64,000 nucleotides of DNA from Phoronis australis (GCA_002633005.1 NMRA01000014.1:1212838-1276837), one strand, 5' to 3'; shown: positions 13,301 to 26,000, numbered from the stretch's first letter. Translations and numbers: made by a program. Notes: generated by a model from the letters alone, not told the origin.

Positions 13301-16300
13301 ATAAATTCTTTTAAAAGAGGAAAATTCCAAGCCCTGAATGAGAGTGCGAAAGTAACGTCTGCTTGATCCCAACTCAAGATTCGGTAGACAGAAATTCAAT
13401 TACTGCACAGTGGTTCATCACTTCAAAAACAGAGGAAGAAATTCCAATGTCAGTCCCCCCATAGCTCGATTATTTTAAGTCCTATGATCTATTTTTAAGT
13501 TAGCCTTTTGAAATTGGTTGAGATCAAAATCCTCACACTTTATCAGCCACAGTCACTGGCTTTTGTACAGATTGTTCTTCCCAGTGGGAAATATAGGTCC
13601 TAATCCATTGAACAGCAGTAGAAATTTGTCAGCAAAGGGAAACCTGTTAAAACGCTGCTTATACCAGTAGTTTGAAACCTTCCGTCCGCCTTACATGGGA
13701 TCTGTAGGTGGCGCTGAACGCCTGTCCACTGAAGACCTCATCGCCATCTGCCAGGATAGTAAGTTTTAACACTGAGCGGCAATTTAAAAAATCAACTATA
13801 CTTTTAAATATTTGAGGTGGCAAGTCCGCTTAAAACTTACAGTGTCTGGATGACAAACAGGTAAAGAGTAGTAGTGATATGTCTCATGAGGGTTGTAGTA
13901 GGGTCCAACCTTATTCACAAACAACTCCACCTGAAACGAATCAAGTTACCTTTGACAATTAAAATAACAGTTACAACATTGGGGTTCTTTTTATACAAAC
14001 TCTCCATTAGTTAAAGACAAGTGTACTAGTTGACTACAAGACCACAGGGGAGGACATACAAGACCACAGGGGAGGACATACAAGACCACAGGGGAGGACA
14101 TACAAGACCACAGGGGAGGACATACAAGACCACAGGGGAGGACATACAAGACCACAGGGGAGGACATACAAGACCACAGGGGAGGACATACAAGGTCATC
14201 AGCAAAGACAACTGGAGAGCTCTGCACCATCAAAACAGAAGCAGACAGGATTAAAATCGAGGGAAGTCACAGAAATTATCAGTGTGTTAACAGTGCTTTG
14301 TTGTACCTCCATAAGATTGGATTTATTTTTTTTTCAACTGAAACATCTGCAGAACCTAAAGATAAGTTCCAGCTGGGTGTGAACACAAGACGAATGTGGG
14401 TATGTTCATTGTTGACTACGGAAAAGGATGAACTGAACAGCAGAAAACAATAAAAGACAACGATAGACCACCAATTTTGTTCTGTTTTGTGGTTTTCTGT
14501 GAACTTTCACAGAAAAGGTGGGTATTCCCGAGATGACTGGTGGCTAGCGATTAACAGAGTACAATAAATTAACAAACCTACTGCGTAAATAGGCTGCTGC
14601 ACCAACTTAACCAAAGTCCCGTCCACACGCAGACTTACCATAGAACAACTTAAACCAATGCAACTTGCCCCACTCTAGTGGGGCATCCGAACACACATAT
14701 TTGATAACTAGTGCAAGGCGGAAGTTGTCGGTCTGATGCGAAAAGAAGACAAAATACGAGCACAGCCACAGAAAACACTTTCGCATTATATCCAAGTTCT
14801 CATTCATTCCCTTCAACACATTCAGTAGTAAGACTGAGCTCAGGAGAGTAGGAAACAATGCAATGCTCGATTATCTGCCAGTAAGGCCAGGATTTGAATC
14901 CGGGTCTCCCAAACGAGAGTCTGGAGTTCAAACCATTGAACCACACAGTCTCCTCCAAAGAAGAACAGCTGATTATTTCTTCCGCCTTGCCCCAGGTTTG
15001 TGGTTACACAGCGATTAGAAGTGGCACAAGTTACCCTAGAACAAGTTACCCAACCTCGATAACATGGAGTAAGCTGGCACAATTGGGGTAAGTTGTGCTA
15101 GTTGAAATAGCGTCCATACAGCCTCCAAACCAAGCAATAACTCATTCCAGGAGTAACTTGTTCTAGGGTAAGTCTGTGTGTGGACAGCACTTAGCATTAC
15201 AGTGTCCCAGGACTGGTATGTAGAATGGTCCCAAATAAACAAGTTCTAAATACCACACAACATGCATGGCAATAACAGGCGTCAATAGAACCACGAGGCT
15301 TTAAGGGATTTAAAAATAAAAAATTACTTGTAAAATTGAAATTGAAAATAGGCTATTTTAAGGTTTTCAACCAGGCAGTGAAATAAATTCTTGTATTTTC
15401 TCTGAAACTGAACATATTGTGAGAATCTTAAAAGGATTTATGAAACCATTCCCAACCTTACAGCCTTCTTATATTGAATGTTTCTTAGTTCTGATGTTTC
15501 TGATCATTTCGATGGTCCCACAAATAATTAAAAGGACACTTAAACCCTGCTTTGATGATTTCAACCAATCCCAGTTCTGTTGCCTGCTGATGCAAAAGGC
15601 GTCATTCTTGAAAGATGAAAGCAGGAATCAACTAAAACATAGGTCACTCTTGCACGTTTAGCAGACTTTTAAAGGAGTTTTCAAATTTTTCTTCGAACGT
15701 TTGAGAATTGTCAAGTGTTACAGACTGAGAGCATTATTTTGTGTCAGAGAATCAGATGGGAAAGTCATTTTTAATAACTGTTAATAGGTCAAAACCGGGT
15801 TTGATATCCTTTTAAGTTTCGCAAGAAAACTGAAATATCTACCAGTATTAAAACTTGACTTTTCACGCCATCTTACGTCACCGCAAGAACATGAAACAAA
15901 CTAAAAGGCATAAAATACTATGGAGAACAGCTTTAATACCCAAGACTACACAGGCATTGACAGGGTACATACAAAACTGTACAATTTACTGTGTGCTCTC
16001 TCACTTGTATCAGTGGCATAGTACCAGCTTTAAAAGTGGGTCAGTAAAATCCTACCGTTCATTAAATTTTGTAAGTTTAAACAAACTTTAATACACGTGT
16101 TACTGTTCAAAATAGGCTTTAAAATCAATAAAATACACATTTTAATCTAAAAGTAGTGCTTTTCAGAAACTGAAAAAGTCAAACTTTCAACCCAAAATAT
16201 CTCTGGAAAGAAAGAAGTTGTACAATTTTAAAACATACAGTGATAAGTATATCACGGATACACAGGTAGATTGTGGCACTGAAAGTCATTGAAAACAGTA

Positions 16301-17640
16301 AGCTCGTGACAAGCACATGGGCTACATGTTAATTTTTTCAGGAGATGATGAAAGCTTAGCTGAAGCAAAATTTGCTCTGAAATTCTGTTTGGTGGTTCTA
16401 AAGTGATAACAACTCCGAGATTTTACATAGATAAGCCCATGGGCGTGTATTCTGAAAATGAAAATTTTCAGGTGTTTCAGTAACACCAAATAAACGCCCG
16501 GGCCTTTGTTTGGAAAAGGGGGCGTGTAAACGGAAAATCATAGCTTTCCTGACTTTGACATTTTTTACTTAAAACTGTGTTTTTAAATTTTATGTTAATA
16601 AATGCATAGTTCGCCAGCACCTTGTTCATTTTTGTAAATGTTAAATGCTCTACAAAACTGAATTTGTGACAAAACCTTGACATTGAGTGGGAAATTTTTC
16701 GAATAAACATCCTACTATCTGGACACTCGACGCCAGAAGTTGTAACACCAAATGAATGCCTGTGCGCCTTTAATAGGCAAAATTTTCCAAATAAAAGCCC
16801 ATGGGCGTTTCAGCGGGTGGGTTTATCTACGGAAAATCCCGGTATGATGAAGAGAAACATGTTCAGATTCTTTGCTGTAACATGTACACAGCCTCGTGGA
16901 AGAAAAACGGTTGTGTAGTATTAGCCGAGATTACTCGGCCCGGGAATCGAACCAGCAACCCCCATAAAATCGGCGAGTGTGCTAACCATTCAGCTAATAG
17001 GCGAGTGGCTAGCAGAGGCTATCATATGATTCACAGTCCCTGAGCAAATCTACAACAGCTGATTGAAGAGTCGGCAAAAAAGACACAGGCCAACAGGTGA
17101 TGCTCTATTTTATGTCCCTGAAAGCCAACGCAAAGATTGCTCCACAAATTTAGCAGCAGAATAATGGTATAACAACTTTTTTGCTCCGGTATAGGTTAGT
17201 TTACATTATTTAGAGTAAGAAGAGTGTATATAAATTTTGTGACAGATATTACTTGTCCGGTTTATTACCCCCATCGGTGCAAAGTTGTCAGGCTGTATAT
17301 CTATACAACTCTGCACCAAGACTAGAATAACACCAGAATAGCGGTAGAGCGACAACCCTTTTAGCAATGTTTATTAATTTAGTTTATTCATCGGCGCAAA
17401 GGCAGCTCATTGTCCATTGATGATTCAGACAACCCGTTTTGCACCAAGAATGGTAGGTCAGAAACTATCACAGTACCGTCAAACCAATAGCTAAGGAGAG
17501 ATACTCGCTGTTTTTTAAATTAACTGCGTGCAGGCTCAAAGATGACATAACAAACGTCAAACCTTTTCATTTTCTTTGTATTTTGAAGCATGACAAAACG
17601 GCAGTGCCAACGCGACAACCACCACAACAAGCGGCGCCAT
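1370..17640 (-). CDS. TM9SF1: Transmembrane 9 superfamily member 1 (nonaspanin), 3'-partial. Coding exons 17563-17640, 13841-13930, 12272-12353, 10823-10927, 8645-8763, 6241-6353, 5258-5318, 4477-4548, 2331-2478, 1847-1972, 1370-1462
   Basis: Eleven GT-AG exons join in frame: [26 protein letters not shown]|[26 protein letters not shown]...|[22 protein letters not shown]...|[25 protein letters not shown]...|[23 protein letters not shown]...|[13 protein letters not shown]...|[18 protein letters not shown]...|[17 protein letters not shown]. These motifs are recognised from TM9SF1. The remaining exons were not found in 1-1369 and presumably lie outside the window. Confidence 0.95.
3261..4095 (-). 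mobile_element. Second copy of the same HINE element (inverted) in TM9SF1 intron; internal array collapsed in an N gap
   Basis: 3261-3569 and 3712-4095 are near-identical reverse complements of the 3' and 5' parts of 24532-26505. Confidence 0.85.
3570..3711. other. Assembly gap (142 N)
   Basis: Run of N inside the HINE satellite array. Confidence 0.99.
4610..4710. mobile_element. ~100-bp palindromic MITE, copy 1
   Basis: GATATAACATGCCTACATTTTGAGAA...TTCTCAAAATGCGGGCACGTTATATC folds back on itself; same family as 51022-51123. Confidence 0.7.
5795..6135. repeat. ~35-40-bp intronic minisatellite
   Basis: About 9 copies of GTTCTAGCCAAAACACAGGTAGGCAGTGACCGAGT and variants. Confidence 0.9.
8273..8530. 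mobile_element. MITE with CAGGGCTTG TIRs (hAT-like), copy 1
   Basis: CAGGGCTTGGAA...TTTCAAGCCCTG, with imperfect 6-bp flanks AATTTT/AACTTT. Homologous to 13088-13336. Confidence 0.75.
9960..10725. repeat. Degenerate ~140-155-bp tandem satellite (TGACCTTGA...GGTCAAGG units), likely an old HINE-type array
   Basis: Related units recur at ~10137, 10276, 10432 and 10588. Confidence 0.6.
11670..11864. mobile_element. Short MITE
   Basis: Imperfect TIRs ATAGACCTTACTCACACAG / CTGCGTGAATAAGGTGTAT. Confidence 0.6.
13088..13336. mobile_element. MITE with CAGGG TIRs (hAT-like), copy 2
   Basis: CAGGGTTTGGAAT...ATTCCAAGCCCTG with a perfect 6-bp TSD AATGAG. Confidence 0.8.
14036..14193. repeat. 22-bp minisatellite x~7
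   Basis: (ACCACAGGGGAGGACATACAAG)n, nearly perfect. Confidence 0.95.
14886..14950 (-). mobile_element. Degenerate tRNA-derived SINE head
   Basis: On the minus strand, TGGTTCAATGG (A box) and GGATTCAAATCC (B-box-like). Confidence 0.45.
16415..16842. mobile_element. Tc1/pogo-type MITE
   Basis: ~24-bp imperfect TIRs: CCGAGATTTTACATAGATAAGCCC and reverse complement CCGGGATTTTCCGTAGATAAACCC, followed by TA on the right. Confidence 0.6.
16935..17002 (-). mobile_element. tRNA-derived SINE head / tRNA-like pseudogene
   Basis: On the minus strand, A box TAGCTGAATGG and B box GGTTCGATTCC occur at tRNA-like spacing. No clean cloverleaf acceptor stem is seen. Confidence 0.55.
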
Positions 17641-17750
17641 CTTGCAACAGTATGTCAAGACGCCATCTGGCGTTAACTTCGGTAATGTTCGGACGTAAAA
17701 GCATGCCATCAAGGATCGAGTGTACTACACTCCTTGATGCCATCTTATAC
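17630..17750 (-). promoter_or_regulatory. TM9SF1 start/promoter-proximal region with YY1-like (A)AGATGGC motifs
   Basis: On the minus strand, CAAGATGGCGCCG overlaps the start ATG, and further GATGGC motifs occur at ~17665, ~17705 and ~17740. Confidence 0.4.
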
Positions 17751-18667
17751 TATCGGGGAGTAAGCAATGTCGATCAATCATTCTATTTTTTGACATCTAG
17801 GCTTCATCCCTTCTGCTTCTCTTTCTCTTAAATTGTCTCTATGCTCAGTGAACTCTTTAGTATGAGCGGATTCCGACACTCAAGGCGTTTATCAATAAAA
17901 ACAAGATAAATAATGGCCATATGGATGCCATCCCACAGCTTCACTCCAAGGGTTGGGGAATGATCTATACTTCCAAAAAATGGAAATAAGCATCAAATGA
18001 TGATATCTGCCAGGTTCTAATTTTTATCATTTGATAAGAATTTCGAGAAAATTGAATGAAAAAAGAGAGCAACAGAAGTTATTATCCCTTGCCATGCAGA
18101 GAGGGGCGGGTTCCTAGCCTAGTGAGAGAATGTAAAGCCTTGTTTTTGCTGTGAATTAAAAAAATCAGTGTCGTATTGATATGATCTTCAAAACTTTTGT
18201 CGACCTTTTCACTGAAAACGTGTGCATTAAGTGTGTTTAGGTGATCTACGCTGCTGAAAATGGTGCCGCCCGGTCTTGGCCAGGGCCCCCCCAAATGTAA
18301 ATCAAGCACTGGCACTGAGTTAACAAACGTTCTCGTGAATGTTTTTTTTTCTTCGTGTTCTGCTGTCTTTCTTTTCTCGACTGAACCGGCGGCCTCAAGC
18401 CCGCCGGTTGCCACGTTTTAACCCCGGCCTGACCCCTGCAAAAAGTTGAAGAGGCACGCCGTCCATGCGGTTCTGTTCCTCGGCCGGGCCCTCGCTTCTT
18501 ACGGCCCTGCGTGACTTGGGAACCCGGCGAATCTAACCAATCTCACTGGTCTATTGCAAAGCGCAACATTGAAGATCTGGTGGTTGCGTGGAAAGTGTCA
18601 TCCATAAATTACGCTCGTAAATCACGGAAACTACTCCGCCCGGTCGCCCGTAAATTGGCGCTTTGAA

Positions 18668-18996
18668 CATAGGCGGATTTAGGGGGGTGGGGGGGCAGGG
18701 GGCCTGGGACCGCCTCCTTGGCCCCTTGGCTGCTGCAAGCAAAATGAACCAGCAAAACAGGGTGAAGTGTGAGGCAATATTGACTTCAGAGGTAGGAACA
18801 GTAGCGGGTGAGGGGAGAGATACGTTCCCGTTTTTTTTTTTTTAGTTAGTTGAACGAGAGATTTCCTGAACAGAAAGTAAACATTCTCGGCCGCGCGCCC
18901 ACACCTTCCGGGCCGTCTGCATGCACATACAATCGCGCTTTGTGCACTTTCCCGAGGATGTCGGGCCCCCCTCATGGTATCCTGAATCCGCCACTG
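18668..18996. mobile_element. GC-rich MITE with imperfect TIRs and 5-bp TSD
   Basis: Left end CATAGGCGGATTTAG; right end reverse complement CAGTGGCGGATTCAG; TTGAA on both flanks. Confidence 0.65.
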
Positions 18997-20572
18997 TTGA
19001 ATTATGCTCGCTGCCTAACTTCATTCGGAACAGAACGAGTAGCCTAAGCGGACGAATGCAGGAGTGCGTTTCGCACTCATCCTTATCATTATGCGGCCGT
19101 CGTTTAAAACGAGCGTGATGGTCTGTGAAGAATTGATAGTTTTGTGTACATGTTTTTAAAGTCATTCATCAAATCAAGTTTTTTATGCGCTTCGATTAAG
19201 CAGCAGAAAGATTGATCCAAACTATGTTATGAAAGCACTCGCAAGACACTGAAATAAATTTTAGAAATCCTTGTTGATTTTACAATCTACACCGAACTGG
19301 AAAGCAGGTATGTTGATGTAATGAATACGATATCTTCTTGTGAATTTTCTCAATTTCTGGGCTGTCATCGGCTAAATATAATATGCAGTATATATGTGTA
19401 ATGCCTCTTCATTGCTAAATAATTATTAGGATAACGGTGACCGAATTTTCATGTTTTCATGTGCAAGAATGGTACATTTATAGCAAAATTGTTAATAACC
19501 CACAGCAGATTTTACTAGTTTTACAAATTGTCTCAAAAACGCTGAATTTTCAATTATTCACTAAGTTCGAGTTTTACGTCAAAAGAACTTGTAAAACGCA
19601 AGACATTTTTGTAAACAAAAACGAAAAGGCGGCATTATTCGTAATAATCAGTAGGGCCTACGCAAAACGAAGCATTTCAAAGCAATTATGATGGTCTCAT
19701 ACTGACTGGGCCGTGATGCACTTGATACGCGCGTTTTCAGAAATTTCCGATAGGTGGCAAATTGAATTTTTGCACATGCTCAGTTAAGAGCAATCATTCA
19801 TTTGCTTCCTTCCTACTCTTGAGTGAAAACGTCGCCCGGCTGTGAAATCAATAACCAAGACCCATGTTCTTCTGAAATTAAATTGAAAAGGCACCAGTCT
19901 GTAAGTAATTGTGGAAAAAACCTATTGGTGGCCTTGGTTATGTGAATAATTCTACCTTTTTAAAATTGGAATGCTTGCAAGACATTGCTGCGGCTCGAGT
20001 CATAAATTCAATCTCGACCTCGTCCTCAGCACTCAGCAGCCAGTAGGCGGTACATCGCCTGTGGACGTCGCGGCGTATGGCGGTCCTATGGGATGACCAC
20101 CATCTCTCCTGGGCCAGTTGAGACTGTGGTACTGTCTACATGCCACCTAGGAAACACGTAGCCGTCGCCAGGCTCTAGAGGGCCCAGGCAATTACATCGC
20201 CTTGTAATGCCTTTGTATGACACACTGACACAGGCATACAGGTCAGGGGGCGATAGTACACTCCCGTTAAAAGTTACTCATCTCAAAATGCAGCAGATAA
20301 CATTTAATGAAACATGCAAATATACACATGGAGTTATAATTAACTGATATCATGACTCTGTTACTGGAGAAAATTAAGTCAACATGAAAACATATCCATG
20401 GAAGTCTGACGCGATTCGCTCAATGAGTGCCATTTTGAGGACGTTATGCAAAATCACGCCTGTTGATGAACAAAAATCCAAGGAACACAAGCCTTACAAA
20501 ATCCACCGGATATCTTCCTATGCTACATTTTGTAAGTGTCACGTGATAGGTCACACGTTTCTCTTATTCGGT

Positions 20573-20773
20573 GACCAGATTGGACTACAGCCCATTTAAA
20601 ATAAATGGAATGAAATTAATACAGAAAGTGATGGGAAGTATAATTTACAGCCCCTGTTGTGTGTAGCTAGCCGAGGGGCTACGTGCTGCCTAGAGAGGGG
20701 CTATAACACACCCATCAGTCTGTGTTAATTTTATCCCTTGTATTTTAAATGGGCAGTAGCCCAAATCCAGTCT
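20573..20773. mobile_element. Palindromic MITE between two ~290-bp direct repeats (~20268-20560 and ~20875-21160)
   Basis: CAGCCCATTTAAAATA...TATTTTAAATGGGCAG foldback. Both flanking repeats start AAAAGTTACTCAT(C/T)TCAAAAT. Confidence 0.55.
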
Positions 20774-22396
20774 CTGATTTTCACCTCATCAAACACACAA
20801 TTTTCACTTAAAATTGTCACTTTAAAAAGCGCTTACTTTCCTCGAGCATACGCAGGCGTTAGTAAACCACTATAAAAAGTTACTCATTTCAAAATACAGC
20901 GAATAACATCGAATGAAACATGCATATGTATGGAGTGAGTTATAATTAAGACATACCATGACTCTGGAGACAATTTAATCAATGTAATTGGAACATATCT
21001 ATGAAAATCTGTTGAGGTCCACTCGAGCTTCCATTGCCGAGTGCCATTTTGGGGAAATTACATGAAATCATGCCAGTTTATGGACAAAAAGTCCAAGGGA
21101 CACAAATCTTACAAATTCCACTGAATATCTTCCCATGCTACTTCGTGCAAGTGTCGGCCACCATGTCACGCACACGGCTCAGTCTCGCTCATGTTGTGGC
21201 CTAAGTCACTTGACGTCAATTGAAATACTTTGTGATTACTGCGCACAGTACAAAATTTAACGTCGATCAAACAAGTGAAGTTGGAATTCTTCGCCAATGT
21301 TATCTTAATTCCCCATTTTTGCGAAATGGACATTGAGATGTAATTCTGAGTATGGGGGCAAAATACTTGTCGAGTATACTGATTACTAATCAAATCAAAT
21401 TCCATCCACCTTTCGAATCTTGTATGTGCATCTACACGTCTGGGATGTTGATCTCACCTTGTTTGGGCGCCACTGTTGAAAAATCCTGCCTTTCCACCTG
21501 GCCAGTTTGAACCATGGGCCCCTAGCCTGCTAGTCAAGTTTCCAGACCGATTGGCCAACAGGCTACTGCTGCTTGGCTTGTGATGTAGAAAGACTTGTTT
21601 CACTTGTAAGCCACACTCGATATTGGAGATTCTCAACAACATTATGGTCATCGTTGACGCTGGTTATTACGTTGTTCAGAAGAAAACATCTCGAATCGCT
21701 TAGTCTGTTACTGTGTAATATTCCTAAATTACATTTGGTAATAAAATCACTCAGAAATGCTATTAACGTGGACATATGTGGTTCTCAAACTATAAAATAA
21801 AATCTTGTTTACTTATGGTCCTTTTTCTTGTAGATGATTGTTGTTGCTGACAGAAAAAGATGATCTGATTTTCAATTCAAAATAGCACAAGTTTATTTCT
21901 TGAATTTTCACATGACAATTTCTGTTAGCAAAAAGTGGTGCAAATTTTGCAACATAAGCATTTTTGACCCAATTCATGTTGAAAAATCCACTGCTGGTGT
22001 CGAACCTGGGTTGCCAGCATGTGAGTTGAGCGTCTAAATTGATTGGCCAAAGAGCAATTGCCAGTTAACTAGCGATTTATAGCCAGGCCTTAATTGACTA
22101 ATACGTCATAACCAAAAATTAATATCACACCTCTGGATCGTGTCTAGCAGGGAGCAGGGTCTGACCTAGCTTCGGGTCTTAACCTCACTTGTGCCATCCC
22201 GGAATTTCCCTTCAGTGACGCAATAGTGCATCCTGGTATTTGCCCCTAGTGACACTCAATAAGCTAGATTGTCCTTCCTAGTCGGTCCTGCTTTTATAGG
22301 GAAATGTGACACCCATTTGTTTCTTACAGTCTTGTGTACATCTCCGGGTCATAAATCTCATCTTAATTGGGTGTCACTGTAATCCACTTGTGAACT

Positions 22397-22518
22397 CTGA
22401 TGGTATCACACCTGATGGTATCACACCTGATGGTATCACACCTGATGGTATCACACCTGATGGTATCACACCTGATGGTATCACACCTGATGGTATCACA
22501 CCTGATGGTATCACACCT
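22397..22518. repeat. 15-bp minisatellite x~8
   Basis: (CTGATGGTATCACAC)n. Confidence 0.95.
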
Positions 22519-23020
22519 GGTCCGCCAGCATGTGCGTCGAGCATTCAAATTGATCAACCAAAGACTAATACTTCACAATAATATGCAAGTGTAATTGTAA
22601 TACTAGCATCATGAGAAGACGAGTGAAAAACTCTGACTGCTGCCCTCTGAGTCGGGGTGAGGCTTGGGCTCAGTACATTCAGGATCAACACATTCAGGAT
22701 CAAGGCCCTCAGGAACAATATGCTCTTTACGAAGACACTGAACCTGTCCTGTATAGGATGGTTGAATCAGCCAGCTACCTGTGGTATCCTAAGCAGGGGA
22801 GAAATGAACACTTTGGCACTATCAGTCAAATGTATTAGTCACAATGCTATCCAAAATAATCTAATCAATCATGATTTTATCAACGAATTGAGATTTAGCA
22901 CTGTGAACTGTTGATTTGAGAAATTGAGAGGAAGTTTACTTTTTGCTAATGTAATCTCAAAACGATGCTCATTATGCTAATGTATGTATGCTTTATGTCT
23001 TGCAGCTCAATGATATCACT

Positions 23021-26000
23021 ATGGAGTTTGCAGAGCTGATAAAGATCCACAAAATACCTGACAGGGTACGGCTTGTTAAGGCTGGCTGCCCACCACTAGA
23101 GGGCGCCTTGTGTGTCACAGGGCATCACCTGATATTGTACTCTGAAGAAAATGATGGGAAAAAGGAGACCTGGGTAAGAAAAATGGTCAAGGATGCTTGT
23201 ATGCTGAAGTTTTAAACTTCAAATGCTGGGGTTTTTGGTATTTTGAGAAGTAAATATCTTACTCTGTCTGAATTGGTGAATATGCGTATACCCTAAAGTT
23301 TCCTCAAATTTAAACAAAAATGTCAAAATTGTAATTTTCCATTTTTCAAAAGATCATTTTATGGTAAATTTTTATTTTGAATTTGTTGTTGACAGCTGTA
23401 GAATGTAAACTATGCAAATAATGAAGTAAAGATTTTTCCTGGTTATTTTTAAATACAGTTTTTCTGTTCCACCATATTGTGTTCTAAAAAACTTAACCAT
23501 TCTTTAAAATTTGTTATTCTCCTTAACTTAAGAAGTTAAGCTTTTGATTAAACCTGTTGATGGCGAAGGACCTCAGTTGATTATAGTGATTTTGAACTGA
23601 AGGTGGTGACTCAGTTTGCCTTTTCTTGGCCTGTGACATTGTGTTAAAGCTTACTGCTGGTTTTCTTAACTTGTAATATTGTGTTTAGACTTTCTGATAC
23701 TTTTCCAACAGATCCAACACAGTAATGTAGACTGTACAGAGAAGATCAACAGTGGTTGTACTCTGCTCTTGAAGTGTAAAGACTTTCATGTTCTGGAGCT
23801 TACAGTGCCATCTGCTGATGAGTGTAGTAAACTAGCCTGGTCTGTGGATCAGTTGTCTAACATAGGTAGGTCTCACTCCGTGCAGCTTAAGTGGTCATGT
23901 GACTGTCTGTTGCTCATGGCCATTCATAATTATGTTTGGTGCCACAACACAAGAGACCACTTACATACTTGTTTAGGCTTACTGAATGGTAGATTACTTA
24001 ATTAACGCTCACAGATTATTTCAAGTTGAGTTAGGCAATCTTAGGGTACTATCTGAAGCAGATTTTTTCTGTTATCCGCGTACTGAATGTAGAAAAGTGT
24101 AAAAGTAAATGTTCGTAACATGTTATTTTGTCTTTAGACAATAAATTCAGAATATTCGTTCTTCTATCACCATTCACATTGTGTTTCAATCAACAAGTCT
24201 CTAGCCTAACCATTCTAAAACCCTTCACATTGTGTTTCAGACAATGAGTCTCTGACCTAACCATTCTGTCACCCTTCACATTGTGTTTCAGACAACAAAT
24301 CTCTGGCCTATCCATTCTTCTATCATCCAACCTTTGAGGTACTTGATGATGGCTGGCAAGCATTTCGTCTGGAGATGGAGTTTACAAGGTTGCTAGGTAG
24401 CTCAGACGAATGGCGGCTTTCTCATGTCAACAAAGACTTCAAGGTTTAGTTTGCCATTTTGTAGTCCATGATATGTGGTGTCCAAGCTGGATTGTATTGG
24501 TGCCCTGAAGTGAACTAATCTTTCACAGCCCTTTTTATGCGCCCACATATTTATATGTGGACGCATTATGCCGTCATCTCTGTCCGTCCGTCCGTCCGGG
24601 CGGCGTCCGTCCGGCGTCCGCTGCTCTATCTCCAAAACCCTTTGACATACATTCATGAAATTTGGCACATATGTTCCATTCATGAATGGGACGGCATGTG
24701 CGAACTTTCGGATGGATCCGACTACCGGTGTGCCCCCTAGTGGCAATTTTAGTTTTTTACGCTTACCTTTGTATCTTCAAAAGTCCTGAACGGATTTTCA
24801 TGAAATTTGGTATGTAGGCACCTAGTAGTGAGATGACGCTATCCTGCCGTTTTCGGATGGATTCGACATAGTTTGCGCCACCTAGTGGCCATTTTTACTG
24901 TTTTCGAGTCTGTTTTTGTGCTTCCACCCCTCTATCAACCAAACCGCTCAAAGGATGATTGTGAAAATTGGCATGTATGTGCTTACTATGTAGAGGACGG
25001 TTGACGATGATTTTCCGACGATTTCGACTACTGTGGCGCCTCCTAGTGGCAGTTTTGTTTTTTTTGCGCCTATGGCTGTATCTCCTAAACCGTTCGCAGG
25101 ATCTTTACAAATTGTGTAAGTATATTTATATGATGTTAACAACGGAAGATGACGACTTTTGGACGGATCCGACTACCGGTGTGCCCCCTAGTGGCAATTT
25201 TAATTTTTTTACGCTTACCTTTGTATCTTCACAAGTCCTTATTGGATTTTCATGAAATTTGGTATGTAGGCACCTATTAGTGAGATGACGCTATCCTCCC
25301 GTTTTCAGATGGATTCGACATAGTTTGCGCCACCTAGTGGCCATTTTTAGTGTTTTCGAGTCTGTTTTTGTGCGTCCACCCCTCTATCAACCAAACCGCT
25401 CAAAGGATGATTGTGAAAATTGGCATGTATATGCTTACTATGTAGAGGACGGTTGACGATGATTTTCCGACGATTTCGACTACTGTGGCGCCTCCTAGTG
25501 GCAGTTTTGTTTTTTTGCGCCTATGGCTGTATCTCCTAAACCGTTCGCAGGATCTTTACAAATTGTGTAAGTATATTTATATGATGTTAACAACGGAAGA
25601 TGACGACTTTTGGTCGGATCCGACTACCGGTGTGCCCCCTAGTGGCAATTTTAGTTTTTTTACGCTTACCTTTGTATCTTCAAAAGTCCTGAACGGATTT
25701 TCATGAAATTTGGTATGTAGGCACCTATTAGTGAGATGACGCTATCCTACTGTTTTCAGATGGATTCGACGTAGTTTGCGCCACCTAGTGGCCATTTTTA
25801 CTGTTTTCGAGTCTGTATTTTTGCGTCCACCCCTCTATCAACCAAACCGCTCAAAGGATGATTGTGAAAATTGGCGTGTATGTGCTTACTATAAGGAAGA
25901 CAGCTGACAATGATTTTCAGACGATTTGGACTACTGTGGCGCCTCCTAGTGGCAGTTTTGTTTTTTTGCGCCCATGGCTGTATCTCCCAAACCGTTTGCA

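Noticed and set aside
13991-14254. Repeat ORFs and CRISPR-like regularity
   Set aside because: This is a head-to-tail 22-bp minisatellite with no unique spacers, in a eukaryotic intron.
18260-18660. Telomerase RNA or 7SK candidate in the GC-rich segment
   Set aside because: No CTAACCCT template or recognisable 7SK terminal motifs were found on either strand; TIR-like ends explain much of the GC content.
22306-22594. PDGIT / MVSHL / RCDTI repeat ORFs
   Set aside because: They are products of a 15-bp minisatellite that is open in several frames; there is no splice or homology support.
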